This document shows, piece after piece, positions 26,735 through 45,686 of a stretch of 64,000 nt of DNA (the stretch's first letter is position 1; every line of letters starts with the position of its first letter). A model generated the notes under the pieces. The model did not search any database and was not told the DNA's origin. It saw nothing but the letters and a program-made list of their open reading frames with translations. Origin of the DNA: the human T2T-CHM13v2.0 reference genome, Homo sapiens. Made by a program: the position numbers and the translations under genes. Location: assembly GCF_009914755.1 (NCBI RefSeq), contig NC_060926.1. The stretch is one strand, 5' to 3'.

Positions 26735-28509
26735 ATACTGAGGTGACGTTACATTCCTCACTACACTTTTGAAAAGCAGCCCTTCTAACCTACCAGGGTT
26801 GCCATGTTATATGCTGTTCAGACATTCGGGCATGATCCATCCTGTTTCCAAGGCTTCCGTGGTGTTATTGGCATGTTAATTATTACAGCAAATGATAAAA
26901 TGTGCAAAATGGTACCCCCTTCTTAATGACATAAATAAATGAAGCAATTAATTTTACACAATAAAAACAAGCAATACAATAACTTACAAATTTGGAGTTT
27001 CTTCATTATTACATCAAATTGCAAAATGGAAACATGTAATTTCAAAAAGCTCATAAGTAAAAATGGAAACACAGCTGATGCTGCGTCAGCTTGTGGGCTG
27101 CAAAATAATGTGGGACTTGCACAGTGTGGAACAGTCAACATCTTTTAGATACACCAGGCCAGATATGATTCAGAAACTATAAATCTTCCTAGAGCTGAGA
27201 CATCCCAATAAGCTAAGGCATTTATGTGCTGTAAAGAAAAACAAAACAACTTTTTCTTATTTCCCTTATATATTAGTTTGGAATTCCAGAAGTTACTTTG
27301 CTTAGGATCCTCATCGCCATGTATCTGCAGTTACAGAAGCTGGAAGCCTATGATTGATCTTGTAACTTCAATATCTGGAGAAAGATAAGTAGGAAAGCAA
27401 ATTTCCTGGGAGAGCTGACAACAGTTTTTAAAATGAAATGTGTATACACCAAGCCTGACATACTATATTGCCCACCATGTTTGAAACCGTCAGTTTCAGG
27501 ACTGACATTTGGTTCTGTGTGTTTGTTTTGGTGAGTGAGAAAGTAACACATATTTTCTTTGACATCTTGTGCAATTTTACAAGTATTCAGGGCACATTCC
27601 CTGCTTTGCATGGAAAATGTATTTGCACAGTTGTCAGAATGATGGACAGGGGAGCGAATGATAGGACAGAGCGCTGATCTTTGCTTGTTATTACATACAA
27701 TAGCTTGGTAGGAACCGTGATGTGTTGGTGAGACAAACTGTGTCCCATTCTGGAACATATTAAGTTTGTCTCCAGGACACACATGACTTCGCTAGGGTGT
27801 CGAACCTCATTCATAATAGATGCTAATCTTTTCAGGGCTGACTGATGACAGCACTTCCTGCCCTTCACGGAATTAGAGCTGGGTTTTATCAAAGGACTCA
27901 AACTGCCTGCTAATTAGACTAATTCCCTTCATCATGAATTATTTATTTCCATTGGTAACCGATCACTGTGACATTAATGGGTTCTGCTCAACTTAGTTTC
28001 ACACTAATACACACTAGGAGTTAAATGTTTAAAAATTCGTGATACTTCACTCCAGGTCAAGTGTATCTTTGTCTAATATTTGACAGATTCAGTGAAGTTT
28101 TGATGATTATGTTTTAGGTACAAATAAAATGGGACAAAATTCCAGATTTTGTTGATAAGAAAACAAATCAATTTCTTTCTCTGCTCAGGTGTCTCCTGTC
28201 TTAGCTAGAACAAGTTGTCTTATTCTGGGACATGCTGTCTGTACTATATAGTATTTTATCAAGGTCAAACCATCACGTAAATGTGCTGGCGATTCTCTTT
28301 GGTATCTCAAAGTTGAACTAGACATAATGTCAGCTAGCTAAGTTGAAATTCAGTTATTGATATCTGTTGACAAAAATCAGTGTAATATCTTGTTTACTTA
28401 TTTGTAAAATGCAAAGTGGACTTTTAAAAAATGGAATTTACAGATAATATATCCCAAAGGTTACAGATAATATAGCCCCCTTACTTATTATCTTCTGAGG
28501 TTGTATAGA

Positions 28510-28670
28510 TCAGTGTTTCTCAACATGTAATCAAGGCATCACCTGTATCCTGAAAGTGTTATTAAAATTCAGATTTCTGGGCTACATATACAGCCTGTTA
28601 GAATCTCTGGGAATAGGATCCCAACATTTGCATTATTACAAGTTCTGTGATTATTGAGCAGTGGTAGAAT
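28510..28670. mobile_element. MER5-like hAT MITE
   Basis: cagtgtttctcaac...catcacctg...aaattcagatttctggg...agaatctctggg. Confidence 0.6.
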
Positions 28671-31600
28671 CATTGACATTGGTTATCCAAAACAACTCCA
28701 TAATTGATCAATATTTTATCAGAAATACTGAATCAGTTCATCCAACAGGTGCAGGAAGGATCCTATAAGCTTAGTAGTGCCTTTTGGAATTGGCTTCTGT
28801 TGTAGTTTCATCAACACATATAAAACAGGCAACATTTATACTGACTGATCATCAGGGAGCTCTGTGAATGGTGGGCATCACACCTTTGCTCAGAGGACAC
28901 ATGGGAAGAAGGTGTCAAGGGAGAGGCATACACAGTCACGATTCAGCAAGGCAGTTGGTATCAGATGGGAAGGCTTTCTGTACGCACCCCACTGAGGCAC
29001 ATGATTGTGCTCGGTAGTTCAGCTATTAAATATTGAATTGTGGAAAATGGTAAAAGAAAAAGTAAAAAGCAGCATAATAGATGGAAGCTGGAGATTAGAT
29101 GACAAACATTGGACAAAGGCATTATGTAGCCCACGATACAATGAGGCAAAACCACAAATAATAGGTTCTATTAAAAGCAGCTACAGTTCTAAACCAAAGA
29201 TTGGTTTTTACATGTGTCCCACATGTCAAAGATTACTGGTCTCAAATCACATACACCTGGGTGGGCAAAAAGCAATGCTTTTGTCAGAATTAAGGTTGAA
29301 TATAAGAAGCAATAGGTTATACACACTGATTAACCCCTGGTAAATTATATCATACTTTTATTTTGAAGCATAGGTGATCTATTCTTTCAGATTTTCTAAG
29401 GAAAGTGGCAATATTGCATAGTAGGAGTTTTTAATAGTCAAAGACACCTGAGACCTATGTAACCAATAAAGCATGCTTTGATTTGTAGTTACACAGTACA
29501 CTGTATTATTATCGTCAGAACATCCATTCATACATTCAACAGATATTCATGAAATACTTACTAGGCTCTAGGCACCTACATCTGATAAAAATAGGCTTAC
29601 AAAAATACACATGGAGAGATGACGGATTCATGAAGAGTTTATAGATGTTTTTGGAACTATTTATGTGTGCCAGTGTCTCATTCTACCTGCAACTGCAGAA
29701 GTTTTTCAAGTTTAGAAAAAATTGGGAAACATAAGGTTATTAGTTAAATGGGGAAGTGTTTTTATTTTGTTTAGTTTTTTTTTTCTCATGGAAATACTCA
29801 GATTATGTTAGCTCTGTATTTTCGCACACACATGTACTTACATATATTTAAGTCAATCTTGAATCTGATTTCACTGTCTTACACCCCTCCTTAAGTCATT
29901 GTTTCTTGATTCATTTCATTGATCTAACCTTGTTTACGAAATTGTTTTCCTCTGTCCTCTGCTTCCCTTTTCATCCCTTCTATAAGTCACATCGCAGCTA
30001 GAGTAATTTTAGCTTGAGAAGTTAATTCATAGTTAATATTTGGTATTTTGAATGGATCTAACCTTCGAAACTTCTATAAGGCAGGGTATCAATTAATACA
30101 TCTCAGATATAAAAATTTTTCTTAAAAAAGGTATCAAGGGCTTCTGGCTAGGGATTGTAGAAGTATCCCCTGAGGTGCTGGCCTGATTGCATTCTGCTGG
30201 TTCTCACATAATTGGAGGAGATCAGCTATCAAGAAAACTTCCCCAAAATACTTTATATTGTACATCTACATGCCTAACATGTATTAAATTGACCAAAGGT
30301 TTCCAATGGCTTTAGCAAATCATGTCCCAGCCTCTCCTCATCTGTATCCTGAGATTCTGCCTGACCTCAAAAGAATTCTTTCTTTGTTTTTGAATTGTAT
30401 TTTTTTAACTTAAAAAATGTTGTTAATGCAATGTTGAAAATGTGACAAAGGGAAGGCAGTGGGGAAGGACATGAGGTCTGAAAAGGAAATTAGCCTGTAG
30501 CCCAGTACTGAGCTCTGGGTGTCATGGAGACTTCAGACACCTGGAGTTAGAGGTAGTAGCTGTGATTGTATACAACATCGTGTTTCACATTCCTCCCAGG
30601 GAAAAATAATGTGACCTACCAACTGGTGAGGTCTGGAACCATTTGGTCACCGATGCAAACATCCCTGATTATTCTTTAACATAATTATGGAGGAGACGTA
30701 AAAATTACAAAATTCCTGCTAGTCAATTAACTGGAGGCTTAGAGTATTGAATGAAAAATCTGCTAATTATATTAATTTGGTGCCTAAATATTGGGAGAAA
30801 TTTTGCAGCATCGTTTCCCCTTATAACTAAATTATTCAATCAATATAAGATACTTAACTATAAGTAGAAACTAAGCATAAATCAATAATTAAAATTATAA
30901 ATCCAAAGAATAAACTAAACCAAACTTATTGGCAAGATGAATCATTTGTAGAAAAACAACTATATTAGAAATGTGCTAAGCCCATACAATTGTTCTCTCT
31001 AATAGCTTACATATTCCTTGATCTATTTTTAAGATCGTGCTCCTAAAGCAAAGTTTTCCAAGATGTATTTCAAGGAATAATAATTGCTAAAGATATTAAT
31101 AGGTATTCTGTAAGAAGTGTTTCATGGCCAAATATATTTGGGAAATGTTGAGATAACTTTCAAATTAAAAATATTCCTTACTGGCTTCTGTTTCCTTCCA
31201 GAATGGTGTCATAGGGATCAGATTTACTTTTCTACCACAAACAACTAGCAAACTGGCAAAGTTTATGAAACAACCATTTCCAGACATTAGACAGAGGCAG
31301 CTCAGGGCTGTGATTCCTGAGAGAAGGGAGACAAATAAGGTAAGTCCCACTGTCACCTTGGTTTCTGTTCGGAGGCAATTTCCAGACAACTGTGCAGGAA
31401 AGAGAATCCCAAGCAGAGTATAATGGCCTTGATGAATTAAGGAGAAGGCTTTCAGGGAGATTGAGGAGGCTGAAAGTTTCTAGACATCCACAACATTCAT
31501 AATGTTTAGAATATAATGTTAAAAAGTCACTAGACATGCCACGAAATGGGAAGATGTAACCCACAACCAGGAGAAAAATCAGTCAATAGATACAGGCTTG

Positions 31601-31863
31601 TTCAATAGGTAGAACTACCAGTAAAGGATGTTAAAACATCAGTTATAAATACGCCCATGTAGTTAAAGAAAAGCATGAACAAATGAGAAAAATGGAAGAT
31701 AAAAAGAACCAAATGGAATTTCTAGAGATCATAAATACAATATTTGAAATTAACAAAAGATCAGGCACTGAAGAAGACAAGATAATTGAACTTGAAGATA
31801 TAAAAATAGAATTTATACAAAATGAAGTACAGAGAGAAAAATCACTGAAAAAACCCAAAGCAG

Positions 31864-32301
<438 letters not shown>

Positions 32302-33472
32302 TCATGAACCTTTAAATAAAAGAAACTCAATGAACTTCAAGCAGGAGAAACATGTACATACACACACACCACAAACCATATCATAATAAAATTCTTTAAA
32401 ATGAATGATTAAGAGAAAATCTTAAAAGCAGACAGAGATAAAAGATATTACATAAAATGAACAGAAACTAAGACTATCCAAGGACTTCTTTCTAGAAAAT
32501 ATATAAGCCAGAAGAAGGTAGAATGGCATCTCTAAGGTGCTGGGTAAAACAAGAGCAACAACTATAAACTTAGAATTTTATATCCAGCAAAAATATCCTT
32601 CAACATTTAATGCAAAATAAAACTCTTTCACACAAGAACTGAGGGAATTTATTGCTAATGGACATTTACTATAAGGAATGTTGAAGGACATTCTTCAGGC
32701 AGAAGGAAAACTGTACCAGATGGAAACTTGGATTACATAAAGGGATAAAGAGTACTAGAAGGGGTAAATATATGAGTAAAAATAAAAGACATTTTTCTAT
32801 TTTTTGTGTTTCCTTCACAGGATATGAATAATTAAATGATTTGAACACTCCACTTAAAAACCAGAGATTGTCAGGCTGAATTTAAAAATTAACAATATGG
32901 TTTCTATAAGAAAACCACTTTGACTGTAAAGATATGTTAAAAGGCAAATGATAGAAAAAGACATAATCTTAAAAAGTTAGTCACAAGAATGGCAGGTGGC
33001 TATTTTAACATTAGACAAAGTAGATTTCAGGAAAAGAATATTTCTAGAGATAAAAAGAGGTACTTTATGATGATTAAGGAAACAGTCTATCAAGAAAACA
33101 TAAACTTCTATAAGCATGTGTCCCCAGTAACAGTTTAAAAATACGTGAAGCAGAAACAGACAGAACAAAAAAGAAAAAAGACAATCACAATTATTGTTGA
33201 ACATTTCAACAGTTCCTTCTCAGTAATTGACAGAAAGGTAGATGGAAAATCAGTAATGATACAGACCACTAGAACAACACTATAAAGCAATTTGATCAAA
33301 TGGACATATAGAGCATTCTATCCAACAATAGCAGACTATACACTCTTTTCAACTGAACATGGAAAATTCACCAAGATATATAATGTGTTGGAACCATAAA
33401 ACCAGCATCAATCCATTTAAAAGAACTGAAGTCATAAAGAGTATATTCTCTGACCACAAGGGAATTAAATTA

Positions 33473-33792
<320 letters not shown>

Positions 33793-34322
33793 TGAATTAG
33801 GAATGAATGGCAGACAGATATCTAGAAGATATGGCTAATGTTTTACTCCCCTGGACAAACATTTTATTGGCTTTAGAGGTCCTACTTATTTCCTAGACAA
33901 ATATGTTGTGTATTATCAGTACTTCTTTCAAATAGCTTTTTGAAGTTGCTAGCTTATGCCTACCAAGTTCAATTTCCCCACCCCTGCGGAGTTTCCAGCA
34001 TCTCATCTCTCTAAGGGAGTGTCATGAGGCACATTCCTCCTGCTGACCATAGAGCAGATCTCAGGCATAAATGAAAGCCTGGAAGTCTGTGTAAACTTGA
34101 CATGCGGTGGTCCTCAGGCTCGGCCCTTGCTGCCGGCACTCTTCTCAGTCTTTCTTGCAAGTAGTTCTTAGAAACAGCAAAGTCCTGTGGTCTTTTTTCC
34201 ACAGTAGCGGCCTAGAGCCCAGGCCTGAAACTAAACACATCCTCAGGAGTGACAGGACTCAGTGAATCAGGGCAGACCTACTGGAAATTAGACAGTGGGC
34301 AGGCGAGTGGTCTCAAAGCACC

Positions 34323-35520
34323 TGCCATTTGCTTCATAGAGTAACATGCAATTTAGCTCAGTCACTGGAGCATAATTGCCTTATTTTTACAATGCTAGTA
34401 TTCACATAATCTGCCATTCTTTTCATTAAATTTTCGTGGGCCATTTATCTTTTTCAGAGGACTCAGGACATCTCCTGAAAGCAGTTGTTATATTTTAGTC
34501 CTTTTCCGTAGGCATCAGGAGATAAAAAGTGAGAGAACTTTGAAGATTCACGGGTTGAGGACATGAGTAACGTAGGTAGGGCAAATGCAGTGGAAAGTTT
34601 AATTATTTAGGAGGCAGCCATGGTGTGGTAGTGTAGCCTCAGAAGGAGCCAGGCCCAGCTGTGTTTCTTACTTGCTATGAGATATTTGGCAAGTTTCTTA
34701 TATCCTGAGCATTGGTTTCCTAATTTATGAAACAGTGCAAAATAGGCCACACACATACACACATATAATTTCATATTATTTACTTAAGGAAGTAATATTT
34801 TTAAATTGCCTATTATTCCTAGGACATAGAAGGTTCACAATAAACAGGAGCTGCCATCACTATTTCCAAAGCCACTGTAATGGTTTAAAATAATAAAAAT
34901 TCCTGTACCCCCTGAATCTAAAATAAAGTAGAAATTGTAAAACAACAAAAAATAAATGAGAGCATAGAGTGCCTTCTATAGAAGGAGTTCTAAAACAGTC
35001 TCAAGAGAGGCTCTTTAAAAACTTTTGCTTAAGGTAGGGGCAGAAAGGAGAGAGAATTTAAAATTAACAGAGCTGTCAAGAAAAACTGAAAACGATTCCA
35101 CATTATTTTCAGAGGCAACCGGATCACACCTGGATCTTCTGGGAGGTGTAAGTAACTTCTTTAAAGTGTTCCTATAGTTCCGTGGTTCTAATAGAAAGCC
35201 CATTTTCTCTTAAAAGCAGATACTACTCTGCTCCTATGCAATGGTGTCCCCTGAAGATAAACGCACCATTTAGAGCTCTCTATACATTCTGTAGCCTGCA
35301 CACGCTTTCTAAATATAGTAGCCAGATGATTACTTAATTTAGCTAGAAATGGCAGATTGTTGACAAAGAATCCCTGCTGAGTTCCAATGCCTTGAAATGC
35401 AGCTTTTATAAAGCAAATCATATCTGAAGAAATGACTAACAATGCCATTTGCTTCATATAGTGACACAATATTTAGCTCTGTCACTGGAGTATAATTCCC
35501 TTATTTTTACAATGTTAGTA
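34323..35520 (+). repeat. 78-bp imperfect direct repeat, copies at 34323-34400 and 35443-35520
   Basis: tgccatttgcttcata...gtcactggag...ccttatttttacaatg(c/t)tagta; 68/78 identical by manual alignment, ungapped. Confidence 0.9.
34610..34860 (+). mobile_element. MIR SINE
   Basis: gaggcagccatggtgtggtagt...ttggcaagtttctta...ggtttcctaatttatgaaa...ggcacatagaaggttcacaataaa. Confidence 0.65.
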
Positions 35521-37291
35521 CTCTATTGATAAATATAGATTACCTGGAACAAGTCAGTCCTGCTGTGGGGGGTATAGCAGTTACAAAGAACAGAGACTTT
35601 AGACAAGGAAACTATCTCATATTCAAACATATCATCTGTTCTCCATCACTTGGTTACTCAAATGATGTCTATTTAGTTCGTAGGTAGGATCAACTAATAG
35701 AGGATTATTTAATTGACATGGAACTTAATAAATGTTAGGTAAAGAAATATAAACAGTTTCACATGACAGCCAGAGATGGGAAGAGACCTACAAATATAAA
35801 TCCTGTTGCCATTTTGCTACTTGGTCATAATATGTGGTGGGGGCTGTGGGCATTAGAGTCAACATTGCCCCTACCCTCTCACATGTCCATATATGTGCTC
35901 CCTTATGTCTCCTTCCTCCTGGAGTTAACGATTGTTTGATAATAGTGTGTCATCCCTCAGGAATGTTGGAATATAGGAGGGTGGAGAGAACCCATAGAAC
36001 TAACTGAATAGTCCAGGTGTTCAGATAATCAAATCCATCTGTATGTGTCTCTATCTCTCAAGTTTGCTTTCCTCATAGGTGGTCCATGAATACAAGATGC
36101 CCATGGACAGATAGCATCCTTACAGCTTGCAGTCCCAGTAGAAGAATAAATGTAGGAATTTAGGAAGCCCTCTGATTGGTCTGGCTTGGGAGACAGGATA
36201 AAGTGCTCAGTTTGGCGAGGCCAGCTTTACCTGACCACTCCACTCCTGGAGTGCATGGCTGGGTGGGGAGGCACTTAGCCCTTCCAAAGCCACATGACTG
36301 AATAGGTCACTGTGGACTGAGGTAGGCTAATGCCCTGAAGGAACAGCTGATGGGCAGGTGAAGGAGATGGTACTCACCGTGTCTCCGCAGGATAAAGGGT
36401 GAGTAGGGAGAGCCACAGAGCACTGTGGGGCTTTCTGAAGGAAAGGTTATCTTGGATGCAGAAATGTTTTATGGAGGAGGGAGTCTCTGAGATGAGGCTT
36501 GAAGATGGATAGGATTTACCTTGTTGAAAAAAATTGTCTTTATATACTTTTCTGTTAGTCTGTACAACACTTGACCTCTAGAATTATTTTATGAATATGG
36601 AATTGTCCCTCTAAACTGTGAAGTCAAGAGTCATGCCTAATACTTCTCTGTATAGAACCCAAAGCAGGCACTCCATAAGTACAGCTGTACTTGTTAGAAT
36701 TGGAGCTCTTCTGGCAAATGTACTGCTCATGCTCGTGCTTTATTTATGTCAGCGAGGCCTCGATTGCCCCTATGTTTATATGTTAGGGTGGAGATTCTCC
36801 GGTCTCTTCAGAGCAGACACTAGATAATGTCTGTTAGGCATCGGTCTTTTTTTTTTTTTTTAACTTTATGAGATGATGTCATCTCTTTGCCTTGCTCTAA
36901 TTGTCAATGTGTATGACTTTGCCCTTAATCAGACACAGTGAATATCTACACCTCAGATTATTGCTAGAGAATAAAATCTCCAATTACTCTGTTCTATTAA
37001 AAGCCCTGTGGTACAAACTATATCAGCAGAAGATTCCCTAAAGTTACATACAGTCCCGACATCTAAATAGACATTGTAAATTGCCTGGTTGGACCAAGGC
37101 AGATAATTAAAGAGCTCGGAGAGTTTTGATTCCTCCCCTGGAACTGCTTTTGCTGAAAAGTGCTCTGAGGTTATACTGTCAGCTGCATTGACATGGTTCC
37201 CAAAATTTGCTCTTGGGAACACTCCGTTTCCCCTTCATAAATCACTACAGGAAAAAATTTTCTCAGGAAAACTGTTCTTTCCAAGCAACCA

Positions 37292-37546
37292 TTTTTGTTT
37301 GTTTCTTTCCTTTTCTACCTTTTTTTTCTATTTTTTTGAGACGAGTCTCGCTCTGTCGCCCAGGCTGGAGTGCAGTGGTGCGATCTCGGCTCACTGCAAG
37401 CTCCGCTCCCGGGTTCAAGCCATTCTCCTGCCTCAGCCTCCTGAGTAGCTGGGACTACAGGCGCCTGCCACCACACTCAGCTAATTTTTTGTGTTTTTAG
37501 TAGAGACAGGGGTTTCACTGTGTTAGCCAGGATGGTCTTGATCTCC
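37292..37546 (-). mobile_element. 5'-truncated AluY-like element
   Basis: cactgcaagctccgc, gtgttagccaggatggtc; stops at gatctcc. Confidence 0.9.
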
Positions 37547-38407
37547 CCTTTTTTGCTGTTTTTTTAAGTCCGTTGAACTTTGTGAATCTTTCAGAGACAT
37601 GCTTTGGCTAATTTAGAAGGTCAGAGACAAATTTGTTGTCCACCTATAGCAACTGCATAGGATATTATAAAACCATTTTATATACTAACCTTACCCTATA
37701 TTTATTTTATTTTCCTGCCTTTACTCTTATTTTTGTTTGATTTCATCTGTTTACTTAATCCCATTTATCCTAAGTATTTTAAAGCACCTCAAATCATTTT
37801 TGGAGGTGAGATATAAATAGAGTGTTAAGGCAATATGCCCAGTATCCATTAAATACTTTTTTTAAAATGTAAAAATATCCTATGGATCCCTCTGTGGCTC
37901 TTTCACTGAAGCCTGAGTGGTCAAACTCAGGAGCTTTTATTTTGAATGGTTCTAACCGGCAGATCTGCAAATGCTCACTCAGCACTTCGGGGAAGCAGAA
38001 GTTCAAACATGAGGAGGCAAGCGACTGTGTAGGAAGATGTTCTAATTCTGGTCACACCCTGATGTGACCAAGACCTCTTATTGGCAATGGCCAGAATTCA
38101 TCCTTAGGTCCAACGATTGTAGGGAAGTGGGGGTGTTCCTGAGTGATCCCTTTCCTCTAGATGCCTGGGATATTGTTCAGTGAATACCAAGGAATCCTGT
38201 AGATTGCAGATTCATGTAGAACTCAAATCTCAACCTAAAATTCTTGTGGACAGGTTACTGGAAGAGTTTTAAGGACCCTAAAGATTAGGGCCTTTTAGGG
38301 GGTGGCGACAATATTCCAGGCTAACTGTTGGAAAAGAAATCTAGGAATTTGCATGTAAGGTAGCTAGACATCTATGGGCTGACAATTAGTTTTGTGTTGT
38401 TGGTCAC

Positions 38408-38870
38408 TGTAATCAGTTAGGATGCATTTGGTCATATAGAAGAGAAACCTAACGCAAATGGGCTTAAACAATTAAAGGGAATTTATTGACAGAAAAATCC
38501 AGAATTAGAAAAGTTGTATGCAAGAATTGATCCAGAATTGAGACTCGAGCTCAACAAGGCCACCAGTGTCTTTCAGTCTGTGTCCTCTCTCTACTGAACC
38601 TCACACTGTGGCAGTTTCTTCTCAAGGCTGGTTCTCCTTATTGCAGAATAGTTGTCAGCAACAACTGGAGTTGTTAATTCTCATCTCCTGGGAGAAAGCA
38701 CCAGCGATTTCTCCACATCGGAGCTTCCTTCTGCTCGGACCGATTTGTGTCACATGCTCACCTCTGAGCCAATCAGAGGAGACGCAACTAAGGACAATCA
38801 GGTCCCACCAGGGTAGGGACAAGGACATCTATACCACATAGCTAGAAATGTGGAGTCCTGATAGGAAGAT
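38408..38870 (-). mobile_element. MLT1-like solo LTR
   Basis: tgtaatcagttaggatgcatttgg...gggcttaaaca...tgtcacatgctcacctctgagccaatc. Confidence 0.55.
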
Positions 38871-39642
38871 GGGAAGAAAGCAAAAAAAGAATACTTGAGG
38901 AGTGTATGTGGTTGGGAATGGGGAAAGAAACAGACAAAAAAGCTCACTATTGCTATTAGAGTCTTAGAGGAACAATGCAGTTTATCAGTCCACGAAAACC
39001 CTCTAGTGTCTGCCTATAGAATGTTGCAATGGCTTCTACTGGTAGAACTGACTGCCTCATTGCTAGTTTTGAACTTCCTGCATGATGTTATGCCGTAAGA
39101 AAATCTATAATTAGAAGATGGACAATGTATTTTAGGGAAGTTCTAAGCAGATTATATTAAGGGAAAGGAAAAAAGATCTGTCTCACTCATACTAAGTACA
39201 TTCATCTTCTCAGCAAATGACCACTGCTGGACTGAGAGACTCTGGTAACCAGCTAAGAACCAGGTGATGGTTGTGAAGTGGGAGAGAGGAGTTGCCTTTG
39301 TATTTAGTGCAGACCAGTGGAGGAGATGCATAAAACACCCTAAAAACCCAGGAATGAACATGCTGCCTGGCAGGACCTACTGAATTGCCCCTCTTTGGGC
39401 AATAGGACTCAAGGACCCTCCAACAGAGTATGATTGACAGGTCTGGGATGGCTTGTTAGACTTGGGTTTAAGTTGGGGGTATCCCAGTTAACTGTGTTGT
39501 TTGCACCAACAGAACCTTTTGGGCTTGCCCAAGTCTTAAAATAAGCCCTCCCTCCTCCCACTTCTGCCTGATCACTAAGATTGGGATGGTTTCACCTTTT
39601 CACTGGGTATGGAAAAAAATGCAAATCTGTCTCTCTTTGTGA

Positions 39643-39646
39643 TGTG

Positions 39647-39703
<57 letters not shown>

Positions 39704-39816
39704 ATATATATATGTCTGTGGTCTGTGATCTGTGTTGTGTATATATATATGTGTATATATATGTGTGCATATGTGTATATATATACACACACACACACAT
39801 ACACACACATATACAT
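39643..39816. repeat. Compound (TA)n/(TG)n/(CA)n microsatellite containing a unique 29-bp segment
   Basis: (ta)n(tg)n...tatgtctgtggtctgtgatctgtgttg...(ta)n(ca)n. Confidence 0.95.
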
Positions 39817-41796
39817 GGCCTGGCTTTTTAATCTAAGGATTAAGCATTCTTCAAATTGATTTCACAAAATTATTTCTACTGAATTCCTTTCCTTGGGGTC
39901 TTTCTGGCTCATAAATGGTTTCCCAAAGTGTATAACAGCCTCTATCTTTGACTAAGAGTTTGCATGAATAATAAAATCTTCCAGGAGTAAACAAGCTCAT
40001 ATTTTTACCATTTGTAAACTTTATTGCTATTATAAAATCAATGTTTTGAGACCATAACTCTGGGCAGATCTTATTGATGGTGGTGGGGACTGTCCTCAAG
40101 GCACATGGAATTTCTTTTCATATAAAACATTAGTGTAGTTTTATATATGTGATAATCCCTCTTCATCATAAATATCTCAGCGTGCCACTTAGTGAGGCAA
40201 GCATGTGATGTACATAATGATATGCAAAGCAGTGTCTACACCCAGGGATGAATTGCCCTCCCAACACAGATCACAGACCACAGACATATACCCACCTCAA
40301 GAGGGATAAAGGCTTTCAATGTAATGAAGATTAGAAACCGGCAAACTCTGGTGGAGGCTCTTCCCAGACACTTGACCTTCTTCCCTGACCCTCAAACTTG
40401 TCTAGATTGAAAACCCCAGAACTGCCTTATCTGTTTCCCATTTTTGCCTTTGGCTTCTCTTGGGAAGCCTTCAGCTGTCCTCTAGGGCAGGTATTCCCAA
40501 ACATGTCTGTTAATGAGAATTATCTGATGTTTCCTTTTTTTCTTAGTGATGTATAAAATAATTATAATAAAATAATTCATGCACATGGAAATAACATTTC
40601 AAACAGTATAGATGAGAAGGAAATGAAAAGATCACTTTCTCTCCCTGCCTGGTCTCATTTCCTAATCATTTTAAAACCATTTCTGTGTTAAGTTCTTCTT
40701 CTGGTGTTTACCTACATAATATTCAACAATATGTTTATACTTGTATAAATATAAATGAAACATACAAGAAAATGTTATGTTCTTGGTGCCTTTATTGAAA
40801 ATCAGTTGGCTACAAATATGTGGACTTATTTCTGGATTCTCTATTCTGTTCCTTTGGTTTATGTGTCTGTTTTTATACCAGTACCATGCTGTTTTGGTTA
40901 CTATAGCCTTGTAATATATTTTGAAATCAGGTAGTGTGATGCCTCCAGCCTCCTTCTTTTTGCTCAGGATTGCTTTGGCTTTTTGGGCTCTATTTTGGTT
41001 CTATAAAAATTTTAGTTTTTTTTTTTTTCTATTTCTGTGAGAAATGTCCTTGGTATTTTGACAGGGTTTCACTGAATCTGTATATTACTTTGAGTAGTAT
41101 GGTCATTTTAACCATACTAATTCTTACAATACATGAGCATGGGATGTCTTTCCACATGTTTGTGTTCCCTTCAGTTTCTTTCATCAGTGCTTTGTAGTTT
41201 TCCCTGCAAAGGCATTTCCCCTTCTTGGTTAAATTGATTACTAGGTATTTTGTATTTTTTATAGCTATTGTAAATGAGATTGTTTCTTGATTTGTTTTTC
41301 AGTGAGTTTATTATTGGCATATGAAAATGTTACTGATTTTTGTGTGTTAATATTGTATCCTGCAATTTTACGGAACTTGTTTATCAAATCTAAGAGTTTT
41401 TGGTAGATTCTTTAGATTTTTCTAGACATAGGATCATGTCATCTGCAAAGAAGGACAATTTGACTGCCTCTTTTCCAATGTGGATGCCTTTTATTTCTTT
41501 TCCTTGCCTGATTGCCCTGGCTAGGACTATGTTAAATAGGACTGGTAAGAGTGGACATCCTTTTTTAGTTGCAGTTCTTTTTTTTTTTATTATTATACTT
41601 TAAGTTTTAGGGTACATGTGCACTTTGTGCAGGTTAGTTACATATGTATACATGTGCCATGCTGGTGCGCTGCACCCACTAACTCGTCATCTAGCATTAG
41701 GTATATCTCCCAATGCTATCCCTCCCCCCTCCCCCGACCCCACAACAGTCCCCAGAGTGTGATGTTCCCCTTCCTGTGTCCATGTGATCTCATTGT

Positions 41797-45623
<3,827 letters not shown>

Positions 45624-45686
45624 TATGATGTTAGCTGGTTATTTTGCTCGTTAGTTGATGCAGTTTCTTCCTAGTCTCGATGGTCT

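Noticed and set aside
26794-28000. Repeat-poor stretch with overlapping ORFs (27348..27782, 27587..27901)
   Set aside because: No recognisable protein similarity or convincing exon structure; it could be conserved non-coding DNA, but that cannot be shown from sequence alone
39575-39859. ORFs rich in YI/CV/HT repeats
   Set aside because: Translations of dinucleotide microsatellites
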